This document shows positions 24,650 through 40,272 of a stretch of 64,000 bases of DNA, in pieces. The notes under the pieces are model-generated. The model saw nothing but the letters and a program-made list of their open reading frames with translations. It did not search any database and was not told where the DNA came from. Made by a program: the position numbers and the translations under genes. Location: NCBI GenBank assembly GCA_044892525.1, contig CM097887.1, forward strand, positions 11,222,001 to 11,286,000, given 5' to 3'. Numbering within the stretch: position 1 is the first letter of the stretch; the number at the start of each line of letters is the position of its first letter. The DNA comes from Schmidtea polychroa (lineage: Eukaryota).

Positions 24650-25186
24650 AATATTTTTGAATGGAAGAGTATGTACAAAACTCCGGAATTACCGTAAATT
24701 GAAGAGTCTGTTGATTTTATCATCGAACGAAACAGTGCAAGTTCTACAATAATAAATCAAGATTTGCTTTTCGATGAATTTAATCAAATGCTAATTTTTA
24801 CGAACGAAAAGAAATCCACATTAGCCCACGAAAAAGCAAGTGCTGCAAAAATTTGGGCTGAAAGTTTCTCTCATTTTCGCGAAAATTCAATGCGTCTAAC
24901 TAATATGAATTTGCATTATGCATGTCCGGAACAATAATGGAAGTTGAACGTTTATTTTCGTTGATTAATCAATCATGAACCGGTCAGAAGGGAAGTTTCG
25001 ATTTGAGCACTGTAAATGCGATCATCATTCTACAAAGTAACTCAAAAATTAGTTGTAGTGAGTTGCTTGAAAAGATTCACTCACAAGAAAAGTATCGAAA
25101 TTAAGAATTTATTGTTATTTTTTTCATAATTAAATTAATTTGTTTTCGTGTCCCGGATTTTTTCGCAAAGTTTATGACAGGCCAAT
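24650..25186 (+). mobile_element. hAT transposon 3' remnant
   Basis: Decayed dimerisation-domain peptide VERLFSLINQ-*T...TVNAIIILQSN...KIHSQEKY, followed by a GTCCCGGATTT subterminal motif. Confidence 0.65.
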
Positions 25187-25739
25187 ACATTAACCATGTT
25201 TGGTATTTATTTTCCAAATTTTAGATGCCGTAGTTGTAGTCATGTACGTTTTTTCTACCAGAAGACTGCAGAAAAAACTTACCAACACACCTGAAAAAAT
25301 ATCGTCCGATATTTTATCATGACGTGTTAGCTTACACGCGATAAAATAATGCCCGGCATTTTATCGTAAGACACTTTATCATAAGAGAACATAATGACGA
25401 AGTAGGCTTACTGTAGGTAAGAACAGCGAAATTTTAAAGCGCTTAAAATTCATTTTGTCAGGTCATTTTAGTAATTAATTTTTAAAAAGATTTGTAAGAT
25501 AGCATGCTCGAACCAAATGGTCACGAGTTGCCTCTGATAAAAATATATATAATAAATATTTCCGCTTTCTGCGATTTTTGCGCTTTAACACAAAAAATAT
25601 ACTGTAGTCAGAAATCTGTAACCCTTATACATATCGAATTATTCCTTATCCCCTTAATTCTATTATTATTCTATTAATATTATTAAAAATAACTTCAATG
25701 CTTACTAGAATTAAAAAAAACAATATAAACAAATAACAA

Positions 25740-26040
25740 TAGAATTTGAAAGACTGAAATTGAATGAACTTTCTCTTAAAATTTATCAGACTAACACATG
25801 AAAATAAAAAAGCAGTTGGAAATTGTCCGACTTCTTGTTTGTACTTCAATTTTAGTTCGTTATTATGTTTTGAAAATTTACTTTTTATACAATATACTAA
25901 TGATATGAACAACTTGTATTATAGGATTAATTCAACGAGTTATTTAGTTTTTGATAATAAAAAGTATGTATGTTACATGGTACCATAAGAATTTAGAAAG
26001 GCTTCGGAGCGGCATGACAAAAATGGTTGGGAAACACTAG
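25740..26040 (+). mobile_element. hAT right-end remnant
   Basis: Ends AAAAATGGTTGGGAAACACTAG, resembling a Buster-type TIR. No partner TIR found. Confidence 0.4.
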
Positions 26041-26181
26041 TTTATATCAACATTATTATTAGAAATTCAACAACCTATACAACAATATTTAAATAAAATT
26101 TAGAGCACTTTTGGAGATATAATGTTTGGATATGGAAATTCAAATTTTATTGAAGAACTTGTGATTGTATATAATCTATAT

Positions 26182-28692
<2,511 letters not shown>

Positions 28693-29518
28693 ATCTATAT
28701 CATAGTTGTCAAATTATTAAAATTTATGTATCACAAAGCGGACGCAAAAATATCTGGTTGTCAGAATCAATATTGGATAAGTTGGATACAGCAATACATG
28801 ATTAAGTCTAAAAAAATCAATATAAATGTTTAATTAGTAATAAATGATGAAATAAAACTACAAAGATTTCAAATCGCGCAGAAAACCAAGCCTTACTGTT
28901 GCGGTAACTCAAATAAATTTCACCAAATAAATCAAATAATTATAACCAACTTGAAAAGCTTTATTTAATTTTTTTCAAAATACCAAACAAAAAGCAATAT
29001 TAAAACAAACGTTAACTAAAGTTTGTTTTTTAGTCTATTTAATTAATTTTTTTAAATCAACCCAAAATTCCACTTGGTGCGGAAACACTTATGGAAGAAC
29101 ACCACACCATCTTTTTTGTTGAACGAATAAAGTCACTTAATGAAATTTCTAAGTCATTCAGAATTAGGAAGTAAGGATTTAATCTATATGATGTGAACAT
29201 TGCTTTAATCGATTTCGGGAAAAGATAATATTTGAAAAACATCAAGTACTTTGTAAGAAAAACCCAACAGGACCTTCATTGTATTTAATTTGTAGTAAAG
29301 ATGAATTAGAATTCAGAGACTGGTCAAAATGCTTAACACCATTATTCGTCTTTTATGAAAATTTTGAAATCCATTACCAGCTGATGAAATATACTTTCAA
29401 AAACATTTACCAATATCAGCTGGACTATTATTGATTAATAAATTTAACAATACAAGGAATTAGCATTTTTTGGTTCATGAATGTATGAACGAGTTTTTGA
29501 CTAGTAAATGCTGTATAT

Positions 29519-31027
29519 CAGGGGTGTCAACTAATTTTCCTATAAGATCTACTTCGCGCAGTAAAAATCCTCTGCGATCTACTTTTTCTAAAAATAAGGG
29601 TAAGAGAAGGCAATATTTAGGGGTCCAAATTTCACGATTTTTAAAATTTCTAACATATACTTATTTGAATTAAATTAAATCAAAATCGTATATCGATAAT
29701 ATTTATTAATAGTAATAATTAAAAACATTCACAAGCTTTACATATCTTTTAAAAATATATAATTTTATTTTTATTGATTATGATAATGTCGTCTGTTAGG
29801 AAGGAAACTGAAAAATACAAAAATATAATTATATTATTTTTACAACTAAAGTAACTTACATAAGAATAGGCAAAAAATCATTTTGAACTTCCTGATGGTA
29901 CAATATTTGAATTACTTATTCTACATTGCATCGTGTCTATAATTTGTACATAATTTGGTGAATAATTACTCAGACCATTTCTCAAGCAGGATTCTAAATG
30001 TTCGCCTGTTAAATTAGTTCGGTAAAATCATCATTTGTAAAAATGATGATTCGCACAAAGATGTCGAACCAAAACAGGCTTATAAATTTTCAGCACATGT
30101 TTTTAGATTCGGATATTTATCTTCAGCTAAATATTTCCAGAATTTATCTTTGGAAGCTCTTGCTTTAATAAAAATATCATTTTGAAAAGTAATAATTTCT
30201 GCTTCAAGTGTAATGTTATCCATATCAAACATAGTTGAAAGGTTTTCTGCAATTGTTTCTGCTTTAATATTGCTATCAAATGGAAAACTCATAAATAAAA
30301 CTACATTATCAAGTTTTTTAAAATCTTCGAAACGGTTACCAAATTCTTCAATAACGTTCCCGATTTCTTTGATATATTTATTTTCATCATAATTAGTAGA
30401 AGCAGAACTTTTTAATTGCGCCAACATGTTTGGGAAATTAGATAAATTTTTATTTTCTAGCTTTGATACAAGCTGATTTAATTTTTCTCAGTCAGAGTCA
30501 GCAGTTTCTAAAAATGCATTTTTTAAAATAGCACCATCAGTAAATGGTTTCTTATTTTTACCAAGAACATAGAATACTTGTAAAGAAGCAATTTTAGCCG
30601 ACTTTGACCTTGATGTTTCTTTGGTGAAAATTAATTGTTGCGATGAAAGTTCAGTAATTTTAGCTTTTCATAAATCACTTTTCGGCGGATAATCAATCTC
30701 ATACTTACTATGCACAGTTTTGAAATGTCGTTCCAAATTTCCTTTCTTCGGTAATGGAACACCTATTATTACAAATTAAACAACAGCATTTCTTCTTTAT
30801 CATAATAAAGAAATAATCATGCTCCCATTCTTCATGATACTGATAAGTTTTAATCTTTTTAGAATTATTCATGGTGTCACAATTTAAAAAATTTTTAATT
30901 TATGTCAATTTGATTACTACCACCCGTACAAATAGTTTTTGATTCTTGATATTGAAAATGGCAACTTGAAAGGAAATAAATACCTGAATCGACCGGTAGA
31001 TCGCGATAGACGTTATTGACACCTCTG
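29519..31027 (-). mobile_element. Internally deleted hAT element (GTF2IRD2/EPM2AIP1-like transposase remnants)
   Basis: TIRs CAGGGGTGTCAA and TTGACACCTCTG; perfect TSD CTGTATAT; AGATCGCGAT-type subterminal motifs. Minus-strand peptides HEEWEHDYFF...VCLIC...GNLERHFKTVH and FW..L...KYPNLK. Confidence 0.9.
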
Positions 31028-31670
31028 CTGTATATATTGTTTACAATTTTGAATAGAAGGTAAGAAAATGACTTCAACAAGAATCATCTTTTAAATCAAG
31101 TGCAAATTGCTACATTTAGCAAAAAATATTGAATAAATAAGTTCGATATCATGATCATTTCACTGTAAAATATCTGGGCGAAATTTATTGAAAATTTAAT
31201 TTAGCTAGACGAAAAATTATGAATAAACGAGTTCGATATCATGATAATTTCGCTAGGCGTAAGTTGTTAATAATGAAATTTAACTAGACAAATTAAACAA
31301 CATTCGCCCCTAGTATTTCACAATTTAATAGAATATGATTTACACCATATTTTAAAGTATGGTGAAAATAAGTTTGAAAATTGGAGTATAAGTTGTATTC
31401 CCACCTTCACTGAAAAGTTTTTATCACTATTGTTCATTGTAAAAAAAGACATTGCAATAAAATTTATCGATTAATGTAAATTTTTCAAACTTTGAAAGAA
31501 TTTCCGTTTACAAATCGGAATTCAAAATAGATTCGAATTTTAATTTAAAAGCTATATTCCGATAGAACTTTTAAACAAGTATCAAGATTTTGAAAACAGT
31601 AAGGCAATTACCATCAATCTTGGACTAAACAAGAATACTCTTAAGTGAATAAAATATTAGGCCATTTATT

Positions 31671-31919
31671 TTCAATCTTTACTAGATCACATTAAATGTT
31701 TTCCTGTCAGACTTTTTTCAACAATTCAGAATTAAATCTCTTGCACATACTCGTTAAAAACCTTTAAATTTCTTTGGAATTCCGGGTATGGCATATACTT
31801 CATTATTGCTTACTTTAGAAAAGTTTATTGAGTTATTATTAGATAATGATATGTACAACTTTTACGAAGGAGCAATCCGTGGAGGATTAACGTTTATCAA
31901 GAAACATAATGTTCAAAAT
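31671..31919 (+). pseudogene. Polinton/Maverick-type protein-primed DNA polymerase B fragment
   Basis: Frame from 31692 reads LNVFLSDFFQQFRIKSLAHTR*KPLNFFGIPGMAYTSLLLTLEKFIELLLDNDMYNFYEGAIRGGLTFIKKHN. This is colinear with the pPolB motif LLADVFENFR...GLDP..Y.T.PG...AML......LELL.D.DM..F.E.GIRGG. Confidence 0.82.
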
Positions 31920-33360
31920 CACAAGATACAAAATTTTTACATGACACATCGTTTTTAATTATTTTTCCCAGAACAAAGGCAATTAGTCATGGTATTAGTC
32001 ATAAGTAGGTCAAGGTCGTTGAGACAAAGACAATGAGTCATAGGATATTTTTTAAATGATCGCAATCGTCTAATTTTTATTTTGGACTTTTACAACACCG
32101 ATATTTTATAAAAATATTTCAAATCATTTTTAGACAGCCAAAATTTTCAAAAAAATTTTAAACAATCCCCCACCCTGAATGAAAATTATTTAACTTTTCC
32201 AGAAATCGAATAAAAGGCATTATTGTCTTTGTTATTCATACACTTATTATTATTCAAACCATCGTTTATTAAAATCAATAACGAAATCTGCTTAATACAT
32301 TTATAAAATTTTTATCGACATAATTTTAGTAGAGTATCATATGACGAGTATCCTTCATTAAGGAACAATATCTATAAATAAAAAGATATAGTTTTTAATG
32401 TCTTTATTAGTCATGTCTTTGTTAATCATGCACTTGTATTGTACATGTATTTATTAATCATACACTATTTAATCAAACTGTTTTTTATTAAAATCAATAA
32501 CGAAATCTGCTTTATACATTTATTTAATAATTATTATTCACGTTAAAATGCACGAGCAAGTTTTGCACCATATTGGAGAAAATACATTATTTTGATCTAT
32601 CAATACCAGATGTCATTCTCTTGGAAATTGATTTCTTGAAAACGCCACAAAATCTAGATTGACAGACATCGAAAAATGTTGTTATTTGAACATAACTATT
32701 GATTTTCGCAAAAACATTTTTCAAAGCATCAATATCCTCATTTGACAAGATAGTCATTAGATGTGGATAACTAGTTTTACTTAGATTCACTGGATTTGTT
32801 AATTTGATTTCTGTTGGAATATTTAAAAATTAGATTTTGTAATTATTATATAATTGAACTGTTTGCATTTGAGGTTCGTTATTTACTGGATTTCCTTTTT
32901 CTTTTCTTGTTTTTCAGTCTTCATTTTCTAGGGCATCTGTGATTTAAGACTAAATTAAGGAATCTCACGAATTTATAACAAAGCTTGACCAATCCGATTC
33001 GTGCGTCTGTGTTGAATTTTCCCTGTTTAGGTTGCACCTGTGTTGCATTGGTTTGGTTTGCTCTTAAAGTTTAATGTTATTTTACTATTTACATAAAAAT
33101 TTAAAAATAAAACTGATTACAGCAGACATTGTTACTATTTATTAACAAAGAACAAAATATTTATATAATCTAAACTTCGAAGCCCTAGCACAACTACTTT
33201 TCCGCTAGAAAAAATATTAACACACAGGATAATATTTTAGAAGTCTCAAAGCAGGAAATAATTCGGGTTCGAACAGTCATTCTGTTTTTTCAGATAATTT
33301 ATATCGACTACATTTTCCAAAATCTATAGTAACTAATTGATTTTATATAATTCATATACA

Positions 33361-34176
33361 ATCAAAACACGATGGAACTCGATGTCGAAAATGCTTGATA
33401 ATTATTAAGTTTGATGGATACCACCGAGGAAACATTGGAAGAATTAGGATCGGGACATTTATTAGGTGAAATAAACATCAATCTTCTTAAGTCATTAGTT
33501 GATGCACTTAAACTAGTTGAAATTATCAAATGTGAAAAATCAACATTAAAACTGCTTTTATAGCAATTGAATTTATGCAAGAAAATTATTGAACAAGAAA
33601 ATGATATAAGAAAATATTAGAAAATATTAATTTTTATATTAATCAGCGATTAAACGACACATTAAAGGATTTGATTTAATCCTTAAATAATTTCGAAAAA
33701 AATCCATCAAAATCTTCAATTGCACTGGCAACAGATCTTATGAAAAGAAATTTTCTCATAAAGAAGTTAACATTGAAGTACCACTTTAAGAAGGAACATT
33801 AAATGACCAAAAAATGAGACTTGAAGAACTAAGAAGTCGTTTATATGCTGAAAATTCAATTGAACACCCAAATTTTTAAAAAACAGAAAATTTTTGTCGT
33901 TTTTATAATGCACTTAATACAATTAGGCCTACATCTATTGACTCTGAACGAACATTTTCGGTCGCAAATAATTTTTGTACTAAGCTTCGTTCAAAATTAT
34001 CTGATCAAGCATTGAGCAACCTTGTTTTTCTAAAATACTACTTTCTAAACATTGAAAAATAAAGTTTCAATTTTTACTTTATAAATTTTATTTTTACTAA
34101 ACTTGATCGAGTTTCTAATTTTATCAGGCTCGATTGAAGCTCGAGAAAATCTCGAGCTCGAGCTTATACGGGCTTA
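33361..34176 (+). mobile_element. hAT (Ac-type) 3' remnant
   Basis: KTRWNSMSKML at 33361 and PTSIDSERTFS...RSKLSD..L..LVFLK at ~33920-34050. CTCGAG subterminal repeats and terminal ACGGGCTTA. Confidence 0.8.
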
Positions 34177-34450
34177 TACTGTGATATTATATTACAACTC
34201 ATTCGGAACTAATGCTTTCTTTTATCCCATTATTCTACATTTCACTGATTTGAAAAATATGGAGGAAAAGCAAATGGAGACAAAGCAATTAAATCCAAAT
34301 TTCGATTCAAAAAGTCCCCAAATTTAATCCAAATAAACAAATCTTATTTAATCCAAAATTCCAGAATTTCTATTAAAAACTGTTAAATCCAAAATCAATA
34401 ATTTCTATCACCAATTTTAATAAAATTACAAATCATCAAAAACCTACTTC

Positions 34451-34608
34451 TCGCGTCTGTGTGCGCACACCAACAAGAATCGGTCTAACCAGACCGCGCA
34501 CACAGACACGATAGAAAAAAGCCAAATAAATGCCAGTCAGAGGCAATCCCCCTCTGACTGGTCGAAACAGGATATTTTCCACTTTTGTCACCGGTAGTGG
34601 GAAAACTT
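34451..34608. other. GC-rich island of three adjacent stem-loops, unassigned
   Basis: 16-bp arms 34451-34466/34496-34511 (15/16 complementary) enclosing CGGTCT-AACC-AGACCG. Perfect 11-bp stem 34533-34543/34551-34561. Bulged stem TTTTCCACT...AGTGGGAAAA. Confidence 0.75.
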
Positions 34609-35372
34609 TATTTGTTATTATGAAAATCAAAGTTGTTCAAATCTAAATTCAATAATATTTATTGGTTTCATGGAGCGAATAAAGAACATGGGTTGACGCA
34701 ATTCATTTTATGTAGATTGAAAAATATGAAAATATTCAAGGGATTCGATTAAAATTAGTTAAATCGATTACAAAAAGGCAATGTAATAACGATTTATGAT
34801 TTATGCCAGGAAGCTAATTAAGAAAAGGATTTCAATAATTTATTCACAAAAATTAATAGACATCTTTTTATGATGCTAAAAATACTCATATAACTCCTAC
34901 AGAAAGAAGTGGATTAAAGGCGCAAAACTATTCACAATGTGTTCATCAAACCATCAGTATTAGTCGATCATCAACTTGGTCTTAATTCTAAACATGCAAT
35001 TTATTCACTGAAAACTAAGGAAAATGTTTCATTTGCATCTTTTTATAAGGAACAAATATTTGGAGATCGAAGATTTTGATTTGAATTAGATTCAATTAAC
35101 TCACAAAAACAACAAATGAGCCGGTACATGTCTAAATATATGGAGTATTTGAATATGAAGTATAAATTACTGCAAATAGAACCGTATTGGCTTGAACAAC
35201 TGTATAAATGTAGTAAAGAAAGTAATTAAATTGTCATGGAGTAATTTTTTTTTAAAGTGATGATGTTATAATATTAGTTCTGTTCAGATAAATCGCATTG
35301 GTACTCAATATTTAGAAATTGACTAGACAAAATCCATTAGACAAAATCCTTTATTTAAAGGTCAATCATGTC

Positions 35373-35435
35373 ATATTTGTCAACACTGATTCATCAACTC
35401 TTGGTGGAGAACATTGGATTGCAGTCTATGTGAAA
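35373..35435 (+). pseudogene. Adenain-like (Polinton/adenovirus) cysteine protease fragment
   Basis: IFVNTDSSTLGGEHWIAVYVK matches the IVNTDP...PGxHW(V/I)A.Y catalytic-His motif. Very short and truncated. Confidence 0.62.
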
Positions 35436-35486
35436 CCCAACATATTTTTGAAACTTCACTTTCAAAAATAAAACTAATCATTATAT

Positions 35487-35543
35487 AATAATAATCAAAA
35501 AATAATAATAATCAAAAAATAATAATAATCACAAAAATAATAA
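35487..35543. repeat. 17-bp AT-rich tandem repeat, ~3 copies
   Basis: AATAATAATAATCAAAA units. Confidence 0.8.
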
Positions 35544-35699
35544 CATTTTTTCCCTCAGCAATACAACCATCGATTATGGCTCTAAAGATAACCGTTAAGG
35601 TTCTCATTTGAATTTCAATTTTCTTAATATTGCAAACTGGTAAAAATATTGAAGTGGAAAATTTGATTTCAAAGTTTGAATATGTAAAATATAAAGTGT

Positions 35700-36500
35700 A
35701 AATCAACAGTTAATTTATTCCAATACAAATTAATTAATTAATACGAGGATATTTCGACATGATTACATCATGTTAGCCAACATAATAATTATTATGAATA
35801 TGTCAACATGTAATGTCAAGGTCAATCACATGTTTGACATCGTATATTACATCCTCCCTTATCGATACGTAGGGTTGGCATTTCTAGGTAAACGAACTGA
35901 ATAACGGCTCGAATACTTGTTTCTAGAGAGTGACAGTCTCTGTATCATCCGGAATTCTAATTGTAGTTCTTCTAAATCACTCTTACTCTATTATCTAGTA
36001 AAGAACATCTAAGGCCATCACATACATGTTATTGGTCAATTTCATTTAGTTAAACGCTAATTTTTTAAAATTAATGTTAGGTTCGTTGGCTAGATAAACG
36101 ACTAACACTATTTGCACTATCTTACTTCATTAGATACTGTATGTTTAAGTAAATTAAACAACTCGATATCAATAGTAAAATGTACTATAAATAAAAGAAA
36201 TATTATTTACACAGTTTATTTTACATCAAAACTCTCGTAAATACAACTGTCCCAAAATTTGCCGCTAAAAAACTCTGAAGTGGAGATATCGGTTTTATTC
36301 AACTATCCTTAGATATTCCTAAGATGGCGAGAGCTGGATTCTAATTTATCTACAGCTTCGCTCAAAAGGGAAATTAAAAGATGAGGGATTCCCAAATTTT
36401 TCGCGATCAATTGCTGCCAAGTATCGACAACAACGTTTCATATCAATCTACCCTCCCAAATATTAAATTTGCAAAACATACAGTCTTTTTAATAGAGCTG
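35700..36500 (-). mobile_element. Possible Ty3/gypsy 3' end remnant (integrase tail, PPT, LTR start)
   Basis: Minus strand reads RYSVRLPRNANPTYR*, then polypurine AAGGGAGGA (35852-35860) directly followed by TGTAATA. Boundaries approximate. Confidence 0.42.
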
Positions 36501-37188
36501 TTGTCCCAATTCAAAGATCTAATTTTACTACGAGTGTCAAGTAACTGTTTCAAACGGTTTAATCAATTTAACTTGATAACCGTTTTCTGTTGAATGAAAA
36601 TCGGTAGTTTTATGCAACTAAAAGGTAAATTAACTTGTATAAAAAGTTATTTTCTCTTTTAACTTTTTGCAATCTTTTTTTCCAACATATTTATTTCTTA
36701 AGAAAATCCTTTCCATACTCCTCACCGCTCTAGCAGGTAAAAAATATTTGTTCCTTTCCACTATCAGAATTTCTTCGGCATCAATTGTCATAGTTTCTTC
36801 GTCATCTTTTGTAAGAGTTTCTTCGAATAAATAAACCTTTTGAATAAATTCAACTCTGTCCGATTAATTCTCAAAATTATCTAGTTCACTGCCTCTATTT
36901 GATCCTCAAGCGTTTCTAGTTAACTGTATCTCTGTGATTTGCTTTCAAAATATTTCCATATTTATAGATGAGGACAAATTTTAAATTTAAAGTGGTATTA
37001 AACGTCGATAACTCTTTGTAATGTTTATTATCACCTGTTCAGTCTGACCTTATATATAAAATAAATAAAATTAATTTAGCACTTTTCTAACTTTAGTAAT
37101 AATAATTTACTTGGTAAATTTATTTTTTATTAAATAAATACTATAATTAAGCTAATCATATTTTTGTAATTTAAATATTACTATTTGT

Positions 37189-40100
37189 TAGGGACTAACC
37201 CAAACTCGATTCGGACTTTGAATCGGGCCGAAGTTTTCAATTTTTTTCACAATTCGGACTTCGGCTAAAAGACATATACGAATCGAGTTTCTAATAAGAC
37301 TATTCAAAATAATGGCGTATGCCTTCTTTTTTTATCTAGATGGTAAAATAGATGTTTTATGAGCATATTGAACATTATATTTACCGTTTTTATATAATTC
37401 TTATAAACGATTCTACTAGAGAATATTGTGACCTTTTTTGTTGAGAAGTTAAAGATACTTCTGTTTTTTAATGGGCTTATGTGTGATGAAGAGTAATAGT
37501 AGTACAACCTATGAAAAAAAGATAAAATTAATGAGGAATTATTCGCCTCTATGACACTGTCCTATGCTGATTTGGAAACATATAATGAAAACGTAAAATT
37601 AAATTTTAAATCTTAATAGCCTTTCAGTCAATTGAAAACAAAATTTAGCGATCATTCAAAAATATCGGGTATTATTTCTATTGTTTTTGTATACCATGTA
37701 TGCGCCGTAGTTATAAGGTAGTTTTCATTTCAAATACTATTTTATAATATATAATTTTTAAGTACCTAAATATAACTAGGTAACTAAATATAACTAGAAT
37801 TGATGTAATACATTAAATCAAATTTCAAAGGTAATATAAAAAGCAAAATTTGGAATTTTTTCGAAATAAACACTGTTGATCAGTCTTATGCAAACTGCTT
37901 GATCTGCACGATAAAGCTGAAACATGGCAGCAAGAATCCAAGGTCGTATGGAACTACAACGCTTATCAACCATCTGCGTTCAAAGCATCCAGAAACACAC
38001 ATCGAATATATGCAAAAATGCGAAGATGAATTAAAAATAAAGCCCAATGATACTAATATTAGGCTTGCTGAGGATGCAAAAAGGCCTAAGCAGCAAAATC
38101 TCGATTGAAAGAACGCGTCCCTTTGAGACAAAAATCCTCGTCAAATGCTTATAACAAATCGAATTGCTGAGATGATAGCCTTGGATGCGCAGCCATTTTC
38201 GGTTGTAAATGATATTGGATTTCGACGGGTTGTGTACGAATTAGAGCCTCAGTATAACATTCATCACCAAACACATTTTTCAAGAATAGTGATGCCAGAT
38301 ATTATTGTAGCAGTAAAAACGAAGATTCAAAATATGGTAAAGGATGCGAGTTTTATATATTTTAGTTCTGACATGTACACAACAACTAATAATTTGAATT
38401 CATTTCTATCTTTAACTGCGCATTGGATCAACGATAAATGGAAGCGAAAATTCGTTCTATTAGCAATGCGAAGTGTTAACTGACGGTATACTAGCGGAGT
38501 GATCGGTTATACAAAATTAAGTTTGCTCGAAGAATTTAAAATTGATATGAGAATGCGTGGTTTGCTTGTAAGGGATAATGGATCCAGTATGATCAAGGGT
38601 GCTAGTGTTGCGAGAATGGCAAATCTTGGGTGCTATATCCATACGATTCAGTTAGTAATAAACGTTGGTCTAAAATCGCACCAGGAGATTACAGATGCAA
38701 TCTCGTTGTCTCGTAAAATCGTAACACATTTCCGACATTCGTCTATAGCTAATGATTTGAACGGATTCAAAAATCATTCCAGCCAGATGCAGCAGGAAAC
38801 CCATATCCGATACATTGCTTTATAAATGACGTTCCAACGATATAGAATTCTACATTTTATATGCTAGAACGTTTATTGGAACAGAAAAAGGCATTGGCTG
38901 TATATTGTCAAGATAATGACATTAACCTTCTAACTAGTCTTCAGTGGAGTTTAATAGAGAAAATCGTATCATTATTACGTCCTTCTGAAGAAGAAACAAG
39001 GAACGCTAGTATGATGTCTGCAACAAGCATTCGTGTTCTTAAGATGATTTTGTAAAATACTTCAACGGAAGCCGAAGATTGTGTAATTAAATTAATGTGT
39101 ACCACGATGCTTGAAGATATTAGCAGGAGATATTGAAAAAAATTAATTTTGTGTATTACCCATGGTATTGGACCCTACTTATAAACTACGCCTCGTTGAC
39201 GACGAGATTTACAAGACTGCAAAAGAATGGCTTGTTGAGGAGATGGGTACTGTGGTTTTAGGTGGAAAATCGATCAGTGAAGAGTTAAATGCCTCGACAA
39301 AGCCACATTCAGCCGTTTTATCCACTTTGGATAGATTTTGCGATGTTTTACTCGGAGAAACACAATCAAATTGCGGATATTCCAAAACAGTTCCATTAAG
39401 ACTGAAACTCAACGCATATTTAATGGAAGAATGCTATCCACGACAAACACCACCAGCTGATCCAATAATATTTTGGAAATTGCGAAATATTTCATACCAT
39501 CAACTTATCGAGGTGGCAAAAGAATTCTGTGCGGCACCTCCTTCTAGCGTGGACAGTGAAAGAACTTCTAGTTCTGCAGGGTTGATATGTGACGAACGCA
39601 GGTCAAATTTAAGCTCAAGTAAAATCGAAATGTTGTTATTTCTAAAAGAAATATCGAATTAATACGGTTTGATTATTGATTTGATTGTATTAAATTGTGG
39701 TAATGCAAAAAAAACAATTGTGAAATATTTTTAGATATTCTTATTGGTTTTGAGAATTTATCGTTTGTTAACGTAAAAAATGTAATAATTAGAAATTCTT
39801 TGTATTATTGAAAATAAATAAAACAAACAAAAGTTTTACTAAAATAAACTACTTTCTAAATAATCTAAAATATGTAAGGAAAATATGGATATGTAATATT
39901 TACGAAACATACTTTTTTTGAAATGAGAGTGAAATACATGAAACCAACACAGGATAAAATTACTTTGAAAAATTCTCTCACATTTAATCTCCCGTAAAAT
40001 TTACACATGTTACATAAATCACGAAAAAGACGCTATGACTCGAAAAAAGGTACGAGAAGATATACAAAATAAAACATCCAGAGCAGTTTGAATATTCGAT

Positions 40101-40272
40101 TTGGCTTTGCATTTCGGCAAATAGTAGTTTTAAATATTTGTACTTTGGACTTCGGCATAAATGGCACTTCGGCTACTCCCTACTATTTATACTTATATTC
40201 TATTTTTAGTAATTGTAAAATTACTATTTTTATTTATGTTATTTTATGCCAATTTCTGTTGGTCCAACCCTA
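37189..40272 (+). mobile_element. Ac/ZBED-type hAT element with pseudogenised transposase (~37840-39662)
   Basis: BED finger (W..F...ANCLIC...GTTTLINHLRSKH), IALDAQPFSVV..GF, SLTAHWI, DNG..., CYIHTIQL, MLERLLE, VLDP.YK and PPSSVDSER. TAGGG...CCCTA ends with TTCGG subterminal repeats. TSD not conserved. Confidence 0.87.

Noticed and set aside
34451-34608. U1 snRNA, SL RNA or telomerase RNA
   Set aside because: No ACTTACCTG 5' end, no leader/GT donor, and only an isolated CTAACC. Kept as an unassigned structure.
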